Shown in pieces: positions 20,977 to 33,946 of a stretch of 64,000 nucleotides of DNA; the first letter of the stretch is position 1, and each line of letters starts with the position of its first letter. The notes under the pieces are model-generated. The model saw only the letters and a list, made by a program, of their open reading frames with translations. It was not told the origin of the DNA and did no database searches. Origin of the DNA: Gemmatimonadaceae bacterium (GTDB taxonomy: Bacteria > Gemmatimonadota > Gemmatimonadetes > Gemmatimonadales > Gemmatimonadaceae); the NCBI GenBank assembly GCA_046714195.1, contig JBKKAY010000111.1, positions 1,632 to 65,631 of the forward strand, written 5' to 3'. The position numbers were made by a program, and so were the translations under genes.

Positions 20977-20977
<1 letters not shown>
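20408..20977 (+). CDS. hpt: Hypoxanthine phosphoribosyltransferase
   Basis: LLKGSFIF, LLVEDIIDSGKTL, FLVGYGLD. Confidence 0.93.
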
Positions 20978-22961
<1,984 letters not shown>

Positions 22962-22965
<4 letters not shown>

Positions 22966-23870
22966 CTTTCGCGTGGCCGTCGAAATCGCAGCGGCCAACC
23001 ATCTTCGGCATCCTCAATGTTACCCCCGACAGCTTCAGCGACGGGGGTAACTTCGTTACCACCGACGCCGCGCTTGCCCAGGCGGGACGTCTGATCGCCG
23101 AGGGAGCGGACGCGATCGATGTGGGTGGCGAATCCACCCGCCCCGGCGCCGAGCCCGTCCCGGCACGCGAGGAGATGCGCCGTGTGCTCCCCGCGATCCG
23201 CGCCATTCGGTCGCGGTGGAGCGACATCGCGATCTCCATCGACACGGTCAAGGCGGAAGTAGCGCGCGCCGCGCTGTCGGAAGGGGCGTCCATTGTGAAC
23301 GATGTCTCGGGCTTCACTCTCGATCCCGAGATGGCGCGAGTGTGCGCCGACGCCGAGTGTAATGTCGTGTTGATGCATTCCCGCGGAACGGTGGCGGAGA
23401 TGGCGAGCTACGATTCCGCCGTCTACGGGGCCGATCCTGTCGCAGAGATTCTCGCGGAGCTCCAGGAGTCGGTAGAGACGGCGCAGCTCGCTGGAATTCA
23501 TCCTGCCCGCATTGCGATCGATCCGGGCATTGGATTCTCCAAGCGCACCGGTCATTCGCTGGCGGTTCTGGCGGAGCTCCACCGGGTCGTCGAGCTCGGC
23601 TATCCGGTGTTCGTCGGCGCGTCACGCAAGCGTGTCATCGCGGAGCTGATTCGCTACGTCGCGTCCCGGACCAGCCTCGGGTTTCCGAACGAGCCCGAGA
23701 CACAGCGGATCGACAACGACGACCGCGACATGGCGACCGTGGGGGTCAACGTCGTCGCGTTTTTCGCCGGCGTGAGAATCTTTCGCGTGCACCGCGTCCG
23801 CCCCAACCGATTGGCGCTCGACGCCGCCTGGGCGCTGACGCCGGAAGAATCGGAGATGTTGCAGCATTAG
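22962..23870 (+). CDS. folP: Dihydropteroate synthase
   Basis: GILNVTPDSFSDGG, GGESTRPG, DPGIGFSK, GASRK, RVH. Confidence 0.94.
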
Positions 23871-25476
23871 CAACGCGAGGCGCTTTCCGACACCCGGCTG
23901 GACGACAGCAGTACTGCTCCTCTTCGTCTACATGCTCACACTGGCGCCCAGCGTTACGCTCTGGGACTCGGGTGAGTTCCTGGCGGCCATCCATTCGCTC
24001 GGGATACCGCACCCGCCCGGCACTCCGCTCTACATAGTCCTCGGCAAAGTCTGGAGCCTCATGGCCGCGCCCATCTTCGGCTTCGCGCGCGCGATCAATC
24101 TTCTGTCCGCCGTGTCCACGGCCGCGGCGTGCGGCATCCTCGCCAGCCTTTTCGCGAGATGGACCGACGATGGATTCGCGGCAACCGCGGCAGGACTTAC
24201 GGCCGGACTGATGTCGACGGTGTGGCTTAGCGCGACGGAGACGGAGGTATACGGGATCGCGCTGCTGGCCGGGGCGTTGATTCTCTGGGCGGGCGATCGC
24301 GCCGGCATGCGCTCCGATGCGCGGTGGATAATGCTGGTCGGATATTTCGCGGGACTGTCCTGGACTCTGCATCTGATGCCCCTCCTCTTCCTTCCGAGCG
24401 CGATCCTGCTGGCGTTCACGACGCACGACGGCTACTTCGCTCTTCCTGTCGGAACGCGGCGCGTCGACGGCCGGCGCGACGGAGTCTCCATGGGGCGGGT
24501 GCTCGGCTCGGCCCTCCTGGTGGCGCTCGTGGGCATGACCTTCGTGCTGGTGATGTTCGTCAGGGCGCGGCACGATCCCTCGGTGAATCAGGGTAATCCG
24601 TCGACCTGGGGGGCGCTGGCCGAGGTGATTCTCAGGAGCCAGTACGACGTCGCTCCGCTTTGGCCGAGGCAGGCGCCGTTCTATCTGCAGCTGGCGAACG
24701 TATTCGAGTACGCCGACTGGCAGTTCGCGCTCGGGCTCGATCCCGGAGCGCCTCCCAGCTGGCGGAGGACACCGGTGACGGCGGTGTACGCGCTCCTCGG
24801 ATTGATCGGCTTCGTTGCCCACAGGTCGGTGGACCGGCGCAGCTGGCGCGCCCTCACCGTGCTGCTGCTGGTGTCGTGGGTGGGCGTCGTCGTCTACCTC
24901 AATCTCAAAGCGGGGCCGTCATTCGGCGCCGGATGGCTTCCCGAGGGCGCGCTGCATGAAGCGCGTGAGCGCGACTACTTCTTCGCCTTCGCGTTCGTCT
25001 GCTGGGGATTGTGGGCGGGATACGGAGCCATCCGGCTCTCCAGGAATCTGCCGACGCCGTTCAGGATGCTGGCTCTGGTGGCGCCGTTCGCGCCGGCGCT
25101 GATGAACTGGCATGCGACCGACCGGCGGACCACTGTGGAGGACCGCGCGCGCGTCGACGCCCTCGAGATGATTGAGCGGGTGCCGCCCAACGGAGTGATG
25201 CTCGCCATGGGAGACAACGACACCTATCCACTCTGGTACCTGCAGCTGGTGGAAAAGAAGCGCGGCGATGTGACGGTGATAACGGTGCCGCTGCTGGCGG
25301 CGGAGTGGTACCGCGAAGAAGTCGCTCGGCGCTACAAGCTTCTCGACGAGCCGACGGTGCGCACCTGGGCGGGGAGCGACAGCACGGTAAGCGTGCTCAC
25401 CAAGCGCTCCTACGACCAGGGGCGCCCGGTGATTCGCTCTCCGTTTTTCGCGAGGGATTCGGCGCGGGCGAGGTAG
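23866..25476 (+). CDS. DUF2723 (TMEM260-like) polytopic membrane protein, putative GT-C-type glycosyltransferase
   Basis: TLAPSV..WDSGEF, GIPHPPGTP, EVY, RERDYFF, GDNDTYPLWY. First ATG is at 23932 inside TM1; a start near ATT 23866 is inferred. Confidence 0.82.
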   Translation: MSNARRFPTPGWTTAVLLLFVYMLTLAPSVTLWDSGEFLAAIHSLGIPHPPGTPLYIVLGKVWSLMAAPIFGFARAINLLSAVSTAAACGILASLFARWTDDGFAATAAGLTAGLMSTVWLSATETEVYGIALLAGALILWAGDRAGMRSDARWIMLVGYFAGLSWTLHLMPLLFLPSAILLAFTTHDGYFALPVGTRRVDGRRDGVSMGRVLGSALLVALVGMTFVLVMFVRARHDPSVNQGNPSTWGALAEVILRSQYDVAPLWPRQAPFYLQLANVFEYADWQFALGLDPGAPPSWRRTPVTAVYALLGLIGFVAHRSVDRRSWRALTVLLLVSWVGVVVYLNLKAGPSFGAGWLPEGALHEARERDYFFAFAFVCWGLWAGYGAIRLSRNLPTPFRMLALVAPFAPALMNWHATDRRTTVEDRARVDALEMIERVPPNGVMLAMGDNDTYPLWYLQLVEKKRGDVTVITVPLLAAEWYREEVARRYKLLDEPTVRTWAGSDSTVSVLTKRSYDQGRPVIRSPFFARDSARAR

Positions 25477-25496
25477 CGCGCGCCGGTGCCTGCTTC

Positions 25497-26318
25497 TTAC
25501 TGAATCTGTAGCGCGTAAGCGCCGGTGGCGCCGACGGTCGTGCTGGTGGCGCTCACGAAGTACGGTCCCGCCGCAGGCGCCGTGAAGGTGACCTGCGCAT
25601 TCTGGCCTGCCCCACTGTTGTCGTTGAACGCGAGCCTGGTCAGCGGATTCCCGCCGAAGATCTCGACATAGGAATCGAGTGCGCTCGAGGTCATCGTGAT
25701 GGTGATCGACTCGCCGGCAGTGAGCTCGATGATGTAGGGGTCGTACCGGGTGCCGTTGCCCGGTGTGCCGGTGGCCCGAAAGGATGGGCCTTCGCAGTCG
25801 CCCGCCTCGAGATTCTGTGGCGTAATGATCCCCGGAACCGCGAAGACAACCTCGCAAGTGACTCCCGCGGTTGTGGACGCCGATGCCATGGCGTAGCTCC
25901 CCCTGGTGTTTGGGTCGAAAGAGCTCGCACCGATGAGATAGTCGCCGGCCGGCAGGATCGCCTTGACTCTGGAATCGGTACTCGCGCCAACGTCGTCGTT
26001 GGCGCCGATCAACGTTCCGTCGGTGTTGAGAAGGAGCATGAAAGTGTCGATTGTCAGCGACGACTCGCTCAACAAATACGTTCCCGCCTGTGGCAGGGTC
26101 ACGCGATAAAAGTCGGTGTAGCTATCCGGCTTCAGCGGGCTCCTGCAATCCGTCGATGCCAGAGTGCCGTTGACGTTGGTGCCGAGGGTGTGCGGAGTGA
26201 TGTCGGTGCAGAGCTCCACCACGGGAGGCCCCGAGGAATCGCTGCTGCCGCAGGAAAGCTGAATCCCTATCAGGGACAAAACGGATAAACGAAAGAGCTG
26301 CATGGCTGGACGCCGCAT
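25497..26318 (-). CDS. Lipoprotein with two pre-peptidase C-terminal (PPC)-like beta-sandwich modules
   Basis: Lipobox QLSC; two repeats of D.Y....S...D..L.......NDD/NDN....S....G.Y......G.Y.L. Confidence 0.75.
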   Translation of the reverse strand: MRRPAMQLFRLSVLSLIGIQLSCGSSDSSGPPVVELCTDITPHTLGTNVNGTLASTDCRSPLKPDSYTDFYRVTLPQAGTYLLSESSLTIDTFMLLLNTDGTLIGANDDVGASTDSRVKAILPAGDYLIGASSFDPNTRGSYAMASASTTAGVTCEVVFAVPGIITPQNLEAGDCEGPSFRATGTPGNGTRYDPYIIELTAGESITITMTSSALDSYVEIFGGNPLTRLAFNDNSGAGQNAQVTFTAPAAGPYFVSATSTTVGATGAYALQIQ

Positions 26319-26382
26319 GATTTTCCTGCTGAGGTGAATGGCCGCACTGCAAGGAAACCGAGCGGGGAATCCAAAGTCAAGT

Positions 26383-26415
26383 AAAAAAGCCCCACCATTC
26401 TCTGGTGGGGCTTTT
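26383..26415 (-). terminator. Rho-independent terminator (bidirectional form)
   Basis: AAAAAAGCCCCACCA-TTCTC-TGGTGGGGCTTTT. Confidence 0.85.
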
Positions 26416-26437
26416 GTGAATCCGTGCCTCAGCGCAC

Positions 26438-27538
26438 CTACTGCACCGTGAGCGTGTAGGCGCCCGTGGCTCCGGCGGTCCCCGAGGTCGGGACGATTGC
26501 GAGAATTATGTCCGCTCCCGCCGTGTAAAGGACCTGCGAATTCGTGTTGCCCGGAGTGATGTCGTCGTTGAAAGCGATCCGCGTCCCGGCGCTGTTATAG
26601 AGCTCCAGAAACGTGTCGAACGCGGTTGACGTCATGGTGACAGTCATCGACTGACCGGCCCGGAGAAAGATGAGGAGATCGTCAGACAGGTACCCGCCGT
26701 TGAGACAGTCCGTCGTCTGCAACGTCTGATTCGTCGTGACTCCGCGCACTATCCACACCCGGTCGCAGTTCGTAATCGCGGTCGCCACCGATGCTGACGT
26801 GAGGGTATAGGCACCCGTCGAGTTGGCATCGAACGACGTTGCGGCGAGCGCGAAGTTGCCCGCGGGCAATAGAGCCCTGATCGAGGAATTGGTCGTGGTG
26901 GTGGTCGCGTCGTCATTGGCCGCGAGAGGCGTCCCGTCCGGCGCTGTCAGAATCAGGAAAGCATCGAATGCCGTTGACGACTGAGTGAACGTGAAGGCAC
27001 CGGCGGTGGCGACGGTCGTCGTGTAGCGATCCACGAACGTGCCAGCAGTGAATCCGTTGGCGAACCGGCAGTCCACCGTGGTGAGCTGGCCGGTCGATGT
27101 AGTGCCGATCGTGTGCGGCGTCGTGGAGAGACACGGATTGGTAGCTGTCGCCGTAAAGGTTATCGGTGTAGCAGTGCCGGCAGACGCGCTGAGCGTATTC
27201 GTTCCGGCTGTAGGGCCCAGCGTCCAGCTGCCCACCGTGGCGACGCCCAAGGCGTTCGTTTCGGGGGTTGCGCCCGTCACGCTACCACCGCCGCTCACCA
27301 CCGCGAATGTCACCGTAACGCCCGGCAGTGGCGCCCCGGCCTGGTCGAGCACGATCACCGATGGTCGCTCGGTCGCCAGCACCTCAGCGCCAATAGACCC
27401 GCTGATGGATGTGGGCGAGTTCGCCGTAATCGTCGTCGCAACGCGGGAACTCACAGGGTCGTCATCGCCGCACGAGAGCTGTAGAGCGACAAGCGTGAGC
27501 ACGGCTGCTCGCTGCGCGAGAGCTACGGAGGTCATCAT
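26438..27538 (-). CDS. Lipoprotein with an Ig-like (Big_1-type) domain and two PPC-like modules; paralog of 25497..26318
   Basis: Lipobox QLSC; PSVIVLDQAG.P.PGVTVTF...GGGSV...TN..GVA..WTLG Ig-like segment, then two NDD-containing modules. Confidence 0.78.
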   Translation of the reverse strand: MMTSVALAQRAAVLTLVALQLSCGDDDPVSSRVATTITANSPTSISGSIGAEVLATERPSVIVLDQAGAPLPGVTVTFAVVSGGGSVTGATPETNALGVATVGSWTLGPTAGTNTLSASAGTATPITFTATATNPCLSTTPHTIGTTSTGQLTTVDCRFANGFTAGTFVDRYTTTVATAGAFTFTQSSTAFDAFLILTAPDGTPLAANDDATTTTTNSSIRALLPAGNFALAATSFDANSTGAYTLTSASVATAITNCDRVWIVRGVTTNQTLQTTDCLNGGYLSDDLLIFLRAGQSMTVTMTSTAFDTFLELYNSAGTRIAFNDDITPGNTNSQVLYTAGADIILAIVPTSGTAGATGAYTLTVQ

Positions 27539-27573
27539 GGCGACGTTCCTCGGCTAAGTCGGGGGTTTCGGTG

Positions 27574-27605
27574 AAAAAAAGAGGGACCCGGAAGGGTCCC
27601 TCTTT
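27574..27605 (-). terminator. Rho-independent terminator of ahcY
   Basis: AAAAAAAGAGGGACCC-GGAA-GGGTCCCTCTTT. Confidence 0.88.
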
Positions 27606-27625
27606 AGGTATTGCATACCTCGCGC

Positions 27626-29116
<1,491 letters not shown>

Positions 29117-29153
29117 GGTTGCTCCTGGTTGGATTCTGCGTTTGAGATTCGTA

Positions 29154-30155
29154 CTAGGCGGTCTTCATCAGCGGAACACCTTCCGCCTTTTTGCGTGAGC
29201 TGGTCTTGCGTGCTGCTGCGGCGCTCCGTGTCGCGGAGGCCGCAAACAAGAGAGGTCCTTTGGCGCCGGTGTCGGGCGGCAACGACGTGTAGCGGAAGCT
29301 CTCCAGGCCGGCCGCGTGCATCCAGCCTCCGAGGGTCTCGCTGGCGAATCCCTGCCAGAGGTGTCCCATGGACTGCTTCAGGTCGTCGCGATCGTGGGGC
29401 ATCATGTCGAGCACCAGGAGGCGGCCTCCCGGTCTCAGCACCCGCGCGGCTTCGGCGACGACTGCCGCCGGGTCCACGACGTAGTGCAGCACCAGAAAGA
29501 GCAGCGCGACATCGACTTCCTCGTCGGCGAGCGGCAACGCTTCGAGCCGCCCATTTCTGATGTCGACGTTGTCGGCGCCGTGCAGTCTTTTCCGCGCCGC
29601 CGCCAGCATCGCGCTGGACTCGTCCACCGCGATCAACTTCTCCACGAAAGGAGAGAGTGACTGCGCGATGCCCCCCGTTCCGCAGCCGAGGTCAGCGACC
29701 TTCCAGCTGGCGTCGAGTAGTCCGAGAAGCGCGACATCGGCCCTGCGCCCGAACAGCTCGAGCCGCATGCGGTCCCAATGACCGGCGGATGTGGAAAAGA
29801 ACTGCTGCGATTTGGTGTGGCGTGCTGCCAGCACCGCCTGAGCGCGGCGGGCATCCTGTTCGGCGGCGGTGGTGCGGCTGATCTCGTCGCGCACCAGATG
29901 CCAGAGGCGCCGGCCGGCGCCGTCCAAACCGTCCGACGCGATGCGGTAGTGACGGCTGGTGCCTTCCGCCCGGGCGTCCACCCACGATTCGGCGCTCAGG
30001 ACCTTGAGATGGCGGCTGATCGTGGACTGCGGCAGCTGAAGAATCGACTGGAGCTCATTTACGGTGAGCTCGTTGCGCTCGAGGGCGAGCAGGATCCTCG
30101 ACCTCGTCGGATCGGCGAGGGCCGTCATCTGGCCAAAAAGCGCGGTCGGGGTCAA
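29154..30155 (-). CDS. ArsR-family HTH fused to a SAM-methyltransferase domain (SahR-like regulator)
   Basis: [23 protein letters not shown]; [13 protein letters not shown]; directly upstream of ahcY. Confidence 0.88.
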   Translation of the reverse strand: MTPTALFGQMTALADPTRSRILLALERNELTVNELQSILQLPQSTISRHLKVLSAESWVDARAEGTSRHYRIASDGLDGAGRRLWHLVRDEISRTTAAEQDARRAQAVLAARHTKSQQFFSTSAGHWDRMRLELFGRRADVALLGLLDASWKVADLGCGTGGIAQSLSPFVEKLIAVDESSAMLAAARKRLHGADNVDIRNGRLEALPLADEEVDVALLFLVLHYVVDPAAVVAEAARVLRPGGRLLVLDMMPHDRDDLKQSMGHLWQGFASETLGGWMHAAGLESFRYTSLPPDTGAKGPLLFAASATRSAAAARKTSSRKKAEGVPLMKTA

Positions 30156-30159
30156 ACGA

Positions 30160-30181
30160 TCAATCCGTTCATCCGGATTGA
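30160..30181. promoter_or_regulatory. Palindromic operator, putative autoregulatory site of the ArsR-methyltransferase regulator
   Basis: TCAATCCG-N6-CGGATTGA perfect 8-bp inverted repeat between the -10 box and the start codon. Confidence 0.7.
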
Positions 30182-30210
30182 AAGCTATATCACTGGCGCC
30201 GGCCAGTCAA
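30182..30210 (-). promoter_or_regulatory. Sigma70-type promoter for regulator-ahcY
   Basis: Minus strand TTGACT-N17-TAGCTT. Confidence 0.65.
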
Positions 30211-30242
30211 GTCGCTTCTGGCCGGACGGCCTATCTTTGGGA

Positions 30243-31136
30243 ATGATGAGTCGGGACGATCGCTTTGCCCCCGAGCGCGAGCGTGTGGAGCGCGCGCTAG
30301 AAGGGATCTGCCCGAGCCGCCTCTCGGCCTTCGCCCCACCAGTTTCCCAGGCCATCGAGTACGGGCTGAGGAGCCCGGGCAAGAGACTGCGCCCCCTCCT
30401 CCTGCTGTTTGCCTACCGGGCCTGCCGCGGTGACGGCGATGCCAGCGAGCTGGCGTGTGCGCCGGAGATCATCCACTCCTACTCGCTGGTCCACGACGAC
30501 CTGCCGTGCATGGACGACGACGACATGCGGCGGGGCAGGCCGACCGTGCACAAGGTCCACGGATCGCGCACCGCGATCCTGGCTGGTGCGGCGATGATTC
30601 CACTCGCCGTTGCCGTGGCGCGCGACGCGCTTTCGACGCTTCGAGTCGCGCCAGACCGGGCGCGGAAAACCATCGCCGCGCTGCTGGCCGGAGCCGGAGC
30701 GGGAGGGATGATCGGCGGCCAGGTCCAGGACCTTGCCGGCGAGGGTGCCTCGCTGCCCTTGGCGGAGCGGGAAGTCGTTCACGCCGCGAAGACCGGTGCC
30801 TTGATCACCGCTTCGGTGCGCATGGGCGCGCTTGCCGCGGGAGCCGATGAAGCGCAGATGAATGCCCTGGACCGCTACGGCCGCTCGATCGGCCTTGCCT
30901 TTCAGATCATGGATGACGTCCTCGATCTCACTTCGACCACCACAGCCCTCGGCAAAACCGCCGGGCGCGACGCTGAGCTCGGGAAAAGCACCTATCCGGC
31001 GCTACTCGGCGTGGAGGGAGCGCGAAAGCGCGCAGAAGGACTGATCGACAGTGGCCTGGACGCCCTCGGTAAGGCCGGCCTTCTCACGCCGGAGCTGGCC
31101 CAAGTCGCTAATTTCATGGTAACCCGGACGTCCTGA
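30243..31136 (+). CDS. ispA: Polyprenyl (farnesyl/geranylgeranyl) diphosphate synthase
   Basis: GKRLRP, SLVHDDLPCMDDDDMRRG, KTGAL, FQIMDD, KSTYP; precedes dxs. Confidence 0.9.
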   Translation: MMSRDDRFAPERERVERALEGICPSRLSAFAPPVSQAIEYGLRSPGKRLRPLLLLFAYRACRGDGDASELACAPEIIHSYSLVHDDLPCMDDDDMRRGRPTVHKVHGSRTAILAGAAMIPLAVAVARDALSTLRVAPDRARKTIAALLAGAGAGGMIGGQVQDLAGEGASLPLAEREVVHAAKTGALITASVRMGALAAGADEAQMNALDRYGRSIGLAFQIMDDVLDLTSTTTALGKTAGRDAELGKSTYPALLGVEGARKRAEGLIDSGLDALGKAGLLTPELAQVANFMVTRTS

Positions 31137-31149
31137 AATCACTTCGATA

Positions 31150-33081
31150 ATGTCCATCCTCGACCGCATAAATTCGCCGGCCGATCTCAAGCCGCTATCC
31201 CGCGACGAGCTTCGCACCGTTTCAGCCGAGATGCGCGAGCGCCTGATCGAGGTCTGCTCCCGCACGGGTGGTCACATCGGTGCCGGCCTCGGCGTCGTCG
31301 AGCTCACCGTCGCGCTGCACACGGTGTTCGACACTCCGCGCGACAAGATCGTCTGGGATGTCGGCCACCAGGGATATCCGCACAAGCTTCTTACCGGCCG
31401 CTCCGACCGGTTCGAGACGCTCCGCCAGCAGGATGGACTCTCCGGGTTTTTGAGGCGCATCGAGAGCGAGTACGACACCTTCGGCGCTGGTCACGCCGGC
31501 ACCGCGATCTCCGCCGGCTACGGGATGGCCGTCGCGCGAGACCTCGCCGGCGAGGACTTCAAGGTCGTTTCGGTTCTGGGAGATGGCGCGCTCACCTGCG
31601 GCTTGGCCTACGAGGGATTGAACAACGCCGGTGCGGGCGAATCGGACTTCATCGTCGTGCTCAACGACAACGAGATGTCCATTGCTCCCAACGTCGGCGC
31701 GATGTCCAAGTATCTGACCTCGATTCAAAGCAACCCGCTCTACAATCGGGTTCGCTCGGCGATCGGGACGGTGATGGATGCCGCGCCGGGTCCGCTGTCG
31801 GGCGTCGGAACGCTGGTGAGAAAATGGGAGGAGAGCATGAAATCCTTCCTCACCCCCGGCGTGCTGTTCGAGGAGCTCGGCTTCCGCTACTTCGGCCCCA
31901 TCGATGGGCATGACATCGATGCGCTTGTCGACACCTTCACCGCTGTGAAGGCGTTGAGCGGGCCGCGGCTGATTCACTGCATCACCCAGAAGGGCAAGGG
32001 TTTCCCGGCTGGAGAGCACGTCGAGAAATGGCACGCGCTTCCGCCGGGCCACGACCCCGCCACCGGGAAGCAGCGAAAGATTTCTTCCGCCAACTCCGCC
32101 TACACGGCCGCCTTTGGAAAGGGGCTCGTCGAGATCGCGCGCGAGAACGAGAGGGTCGTCGCGATAACGGGCGCGATGCCGAGCGGAACCGGGACGGGGC
32201 TGTTCGCGCAGGCGTTTCCGTCGCGCTTCTTCGACGTCGGCATCGCGGAGGGCCATGCCGTAACGTTCGCGGCGGGACTCGCCACCGGTGGGATACGGCC
32301 TGTGTGCGCGATCTATTCGACTTTCCTGCAGCGCGCGTACGACAACGTGATTCACGACGTCGCCATCCAGCACCTGCCGGTGATCTTTGCGATGGATCGC
32401 GCCGGCGTGGTGGGAGAAGATGGCCCCACCCACATGGGGCTCTACGACATTGCTTACATGCTCGCCGTGCCCGGAATGGTGGTGACCGCTCCCAAGAACG
32501 GCGCCGAGATGCTGGCCCTGATCAAGAGCGCACTCCAGCAGGAATCTCCCTTCTGTGTCCGCTATCCGCGTGACGCCACGCCAGACATCGTGCCTCCCGC
32601 GGGCGAGGTCGAAGCGGTGCCGCACGCATCGTGGGAGATCCTCAGGAAAAGCGCCACGGCGGGCCGCGATCCCGAGAGTGCAGTGGCGATCCTCGCGGTT
32701 GGAACAATGGTGCTGCCGTCGCTTGCCGCCGCGGACATCCTGCAGGAGGCTGGCTTGAGCGCGACGGTAGTCAACTGCCGCTACCTCAAGCCGCACGACG
32801 AGCGCGCTCTCCTTGCGATCGTGCGCGACCACAGGAACATCCTCGTGGTCGAGGAAGGAACCGTGGTCAACGGCTTCGGCGCGCACCTGGCGGCAGTGAT
32901 CGCCGAAATGGATTCATCGGTGAGAGTGATTGCGCACGGAGTCCGCGACGAGCTCATCGAGCAGGCTCCTCGCGCGATTCAGCTCGCGCGTCTCGGGCTC
33001 GACGCGGCCGGCATCGCGGCGCGCGTCGCCAATGCATTCGGAATGGAGAGCTCGCGGGGCACTCACCTGCGCGCCGTTTAA
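31150..33081 (+). CDS. dxs: 1-deoxy-D-xylulose-5-phosphate synthase
   Basis: GGH, WDVGHQ, GDGALT, NDN, DVGIAE, DRAG..GEDGPTH. Confidence 0.97.
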   Translation: MSILDRINSPADLKPLSRDELRTVSAEMRERLIEVCSRTGGHIGAGLGVVELTVALHTVFDTPRDKIVWDVGHQGYPHKLLTGRSDRFETLRQQDGLSGFLRRIESEYDTFGAGHAGTAISAGYGMAVARDLAGEDFKVVSVLGDGALTCGLAYEGLNNAGAGESDFIVVLNDNEMSIAPNVGAMSKYLTSIQSNPLYNRVRSAIGTVMDAAPGPLSGVGTLVRKWEESMKSFLTPGVLFEELGFRYFGPIDGHDIDALVDTFTAVKALSGPRLIHCITQKGKGFPAGEHVEKWHALPPGHDPATGKQRKISSANSAYTAAFGKGLVEIARENERVVAITGAMPSGTGTGLFAQAFPSRFFDVGIAEGHAVTFAAGLATGGIRPVCAIYSTFLQRAYDNVIHDVAIQHLPVIFAMDRAGVVGEDGPTHMGLYDIAYMLAVPGMVVTAPKNGAEMLALIKSALQQESPFCVRYPRDATPDIVPPAGEVEAVPHASWEILRKSATAGRDPESAVAILAVGTMVLPSLAAADILQEAGLSATVVNCRYLKPHDERALLAIVRDHRNILVVEEGTVVNGFGAHLAAVIAEMDSSVRVIAHGVRDELIEQAPRAIQLARLGLDAAGIAARVANAFGMESSRGTHLRAV

Positions 33082-33944
33082 TGCGGCTGGGAGTGATTGG
33101 GCACCAGGGATACGATGACCTGCCCGACATCCTGAGCAGGCTGTCCCGAACCGCACCCGGTCTCGGCCTCGAGCTGTTCTTCGAGCAGGGATTGCACGAG
33201 GTCGCAGGCACGGGCGCCCGACTCGATTCGGCGGAACAGATCGAAGCCCTGATCACGCTCGGAGGCGATGGGACGCTGCTCCGCGGCGCGCGCTGGCTCG
33301 ATGGAAAAGACAAACCGATACTCGGAGTCAACCTCGGGCGTCTGGGATTCCTCACCAGTTGTCAGACCGAGGACCTCGAGGCCGCGCTCGAGCACCTCGC
33401 CGGCGGAGAATACGTGGCGCAGCCGAGGATGGCGCTCACCGCGCGCGCGATCGACGCGTCCGGCGCGACGCGCAGGCAGTGGAGAGCGCTCAACGATTTT
33501 GTCCTGCACAAGGGCGGGTTCGCCCGCGTGGTGCGACTCAACATCTCCGTCGACGGCGAAAGCATCGGCACCTACGCCGCGGATGGAGTCGTCATCTCGA
33601 CGCCGACGGGGTCGACTGCCTACAGCCTTTCCGCCGGAGGGCCGGTGGTGGTTCCGACGGTGGAGTCCATCATCATCACCCCCGTTTCGGCGCACACCCT
33701 GGCCATCCGATCGCTCGTCATCCCGGCCGACGCCGAGGTGACTGTGGAAGCGAATGAGAGCCCGACCGAGCTTCTCGTGACGGTCGACGGACAGGTCGGC
33801 ACCAGCTTCGTGAAGGGCGAGCAGCTCAAGGTGCGGCGCGCCGACAACCCGGTGCGCATCGTGAGGTTCCCCGGCGCGACGTTCTTCGAGCGCATGAGAC
33901 TTAAGCTGGGGTGGGGCGGATTGCCCGCCGAGGACGAGACCTAG
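33081..33944 (+). CDS. nadK: NAD(+) kinase
   Basis: GGDGT, GVNLGRLGFL, LND, STPTGSTAYSLSAGGP. Confidence 0.95.
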   Translation: MRLGVIGHQGYDDLPDILSRLSRTAPGLGLELFFEQGLHEVAGTGARLDSAEQIEALITLGGDGTLLRGARWLDGKDKPILGVNLGRLGFLTSCQTEDLEAALEHLAGGEYVAQPRMALTARAIDASGATRRQWRALNDFVLHKGGFARVVRLNISVDGESIGTYAADGVVISTPTGSTAYSLSAGGPVVVPTVESIIITPVSAHTLAIRSLVIPADAEVTVEANESPTELLVTVDGQVGTSFVKGEQLKVRRADNPVRIVRFPGATFFERMRLKLGWGGLPAEDET

Positions 33945-33946
33945 CG

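Noticed and set aside
29117-29153. SAH or SAM riboswitch upstream of ahcY
   Set aside because: The gap is only 37 bp; regulation is better explained by the ArsR-methyltransferase protein and its palindrome.
31222-32886. Long antisense ORFs (also 581-1921, 49592-50950, 51610-53124, 59226-60452 and others)
   Set aside because: Shadow ORFs opposite well-supported genes, expected from high GC3 codon bias; they have no recognisable motifs.
29778-33944. Apparent N-terminal extensions on IspA, NAD kinase and similar ORF-track calls (also Hpt, DapD, DinB, Slt)
   Set aside because: Longest-ORF artefacts overlapping neighbouring genes; family N-termini and stop/start overlaps define shorter starts.
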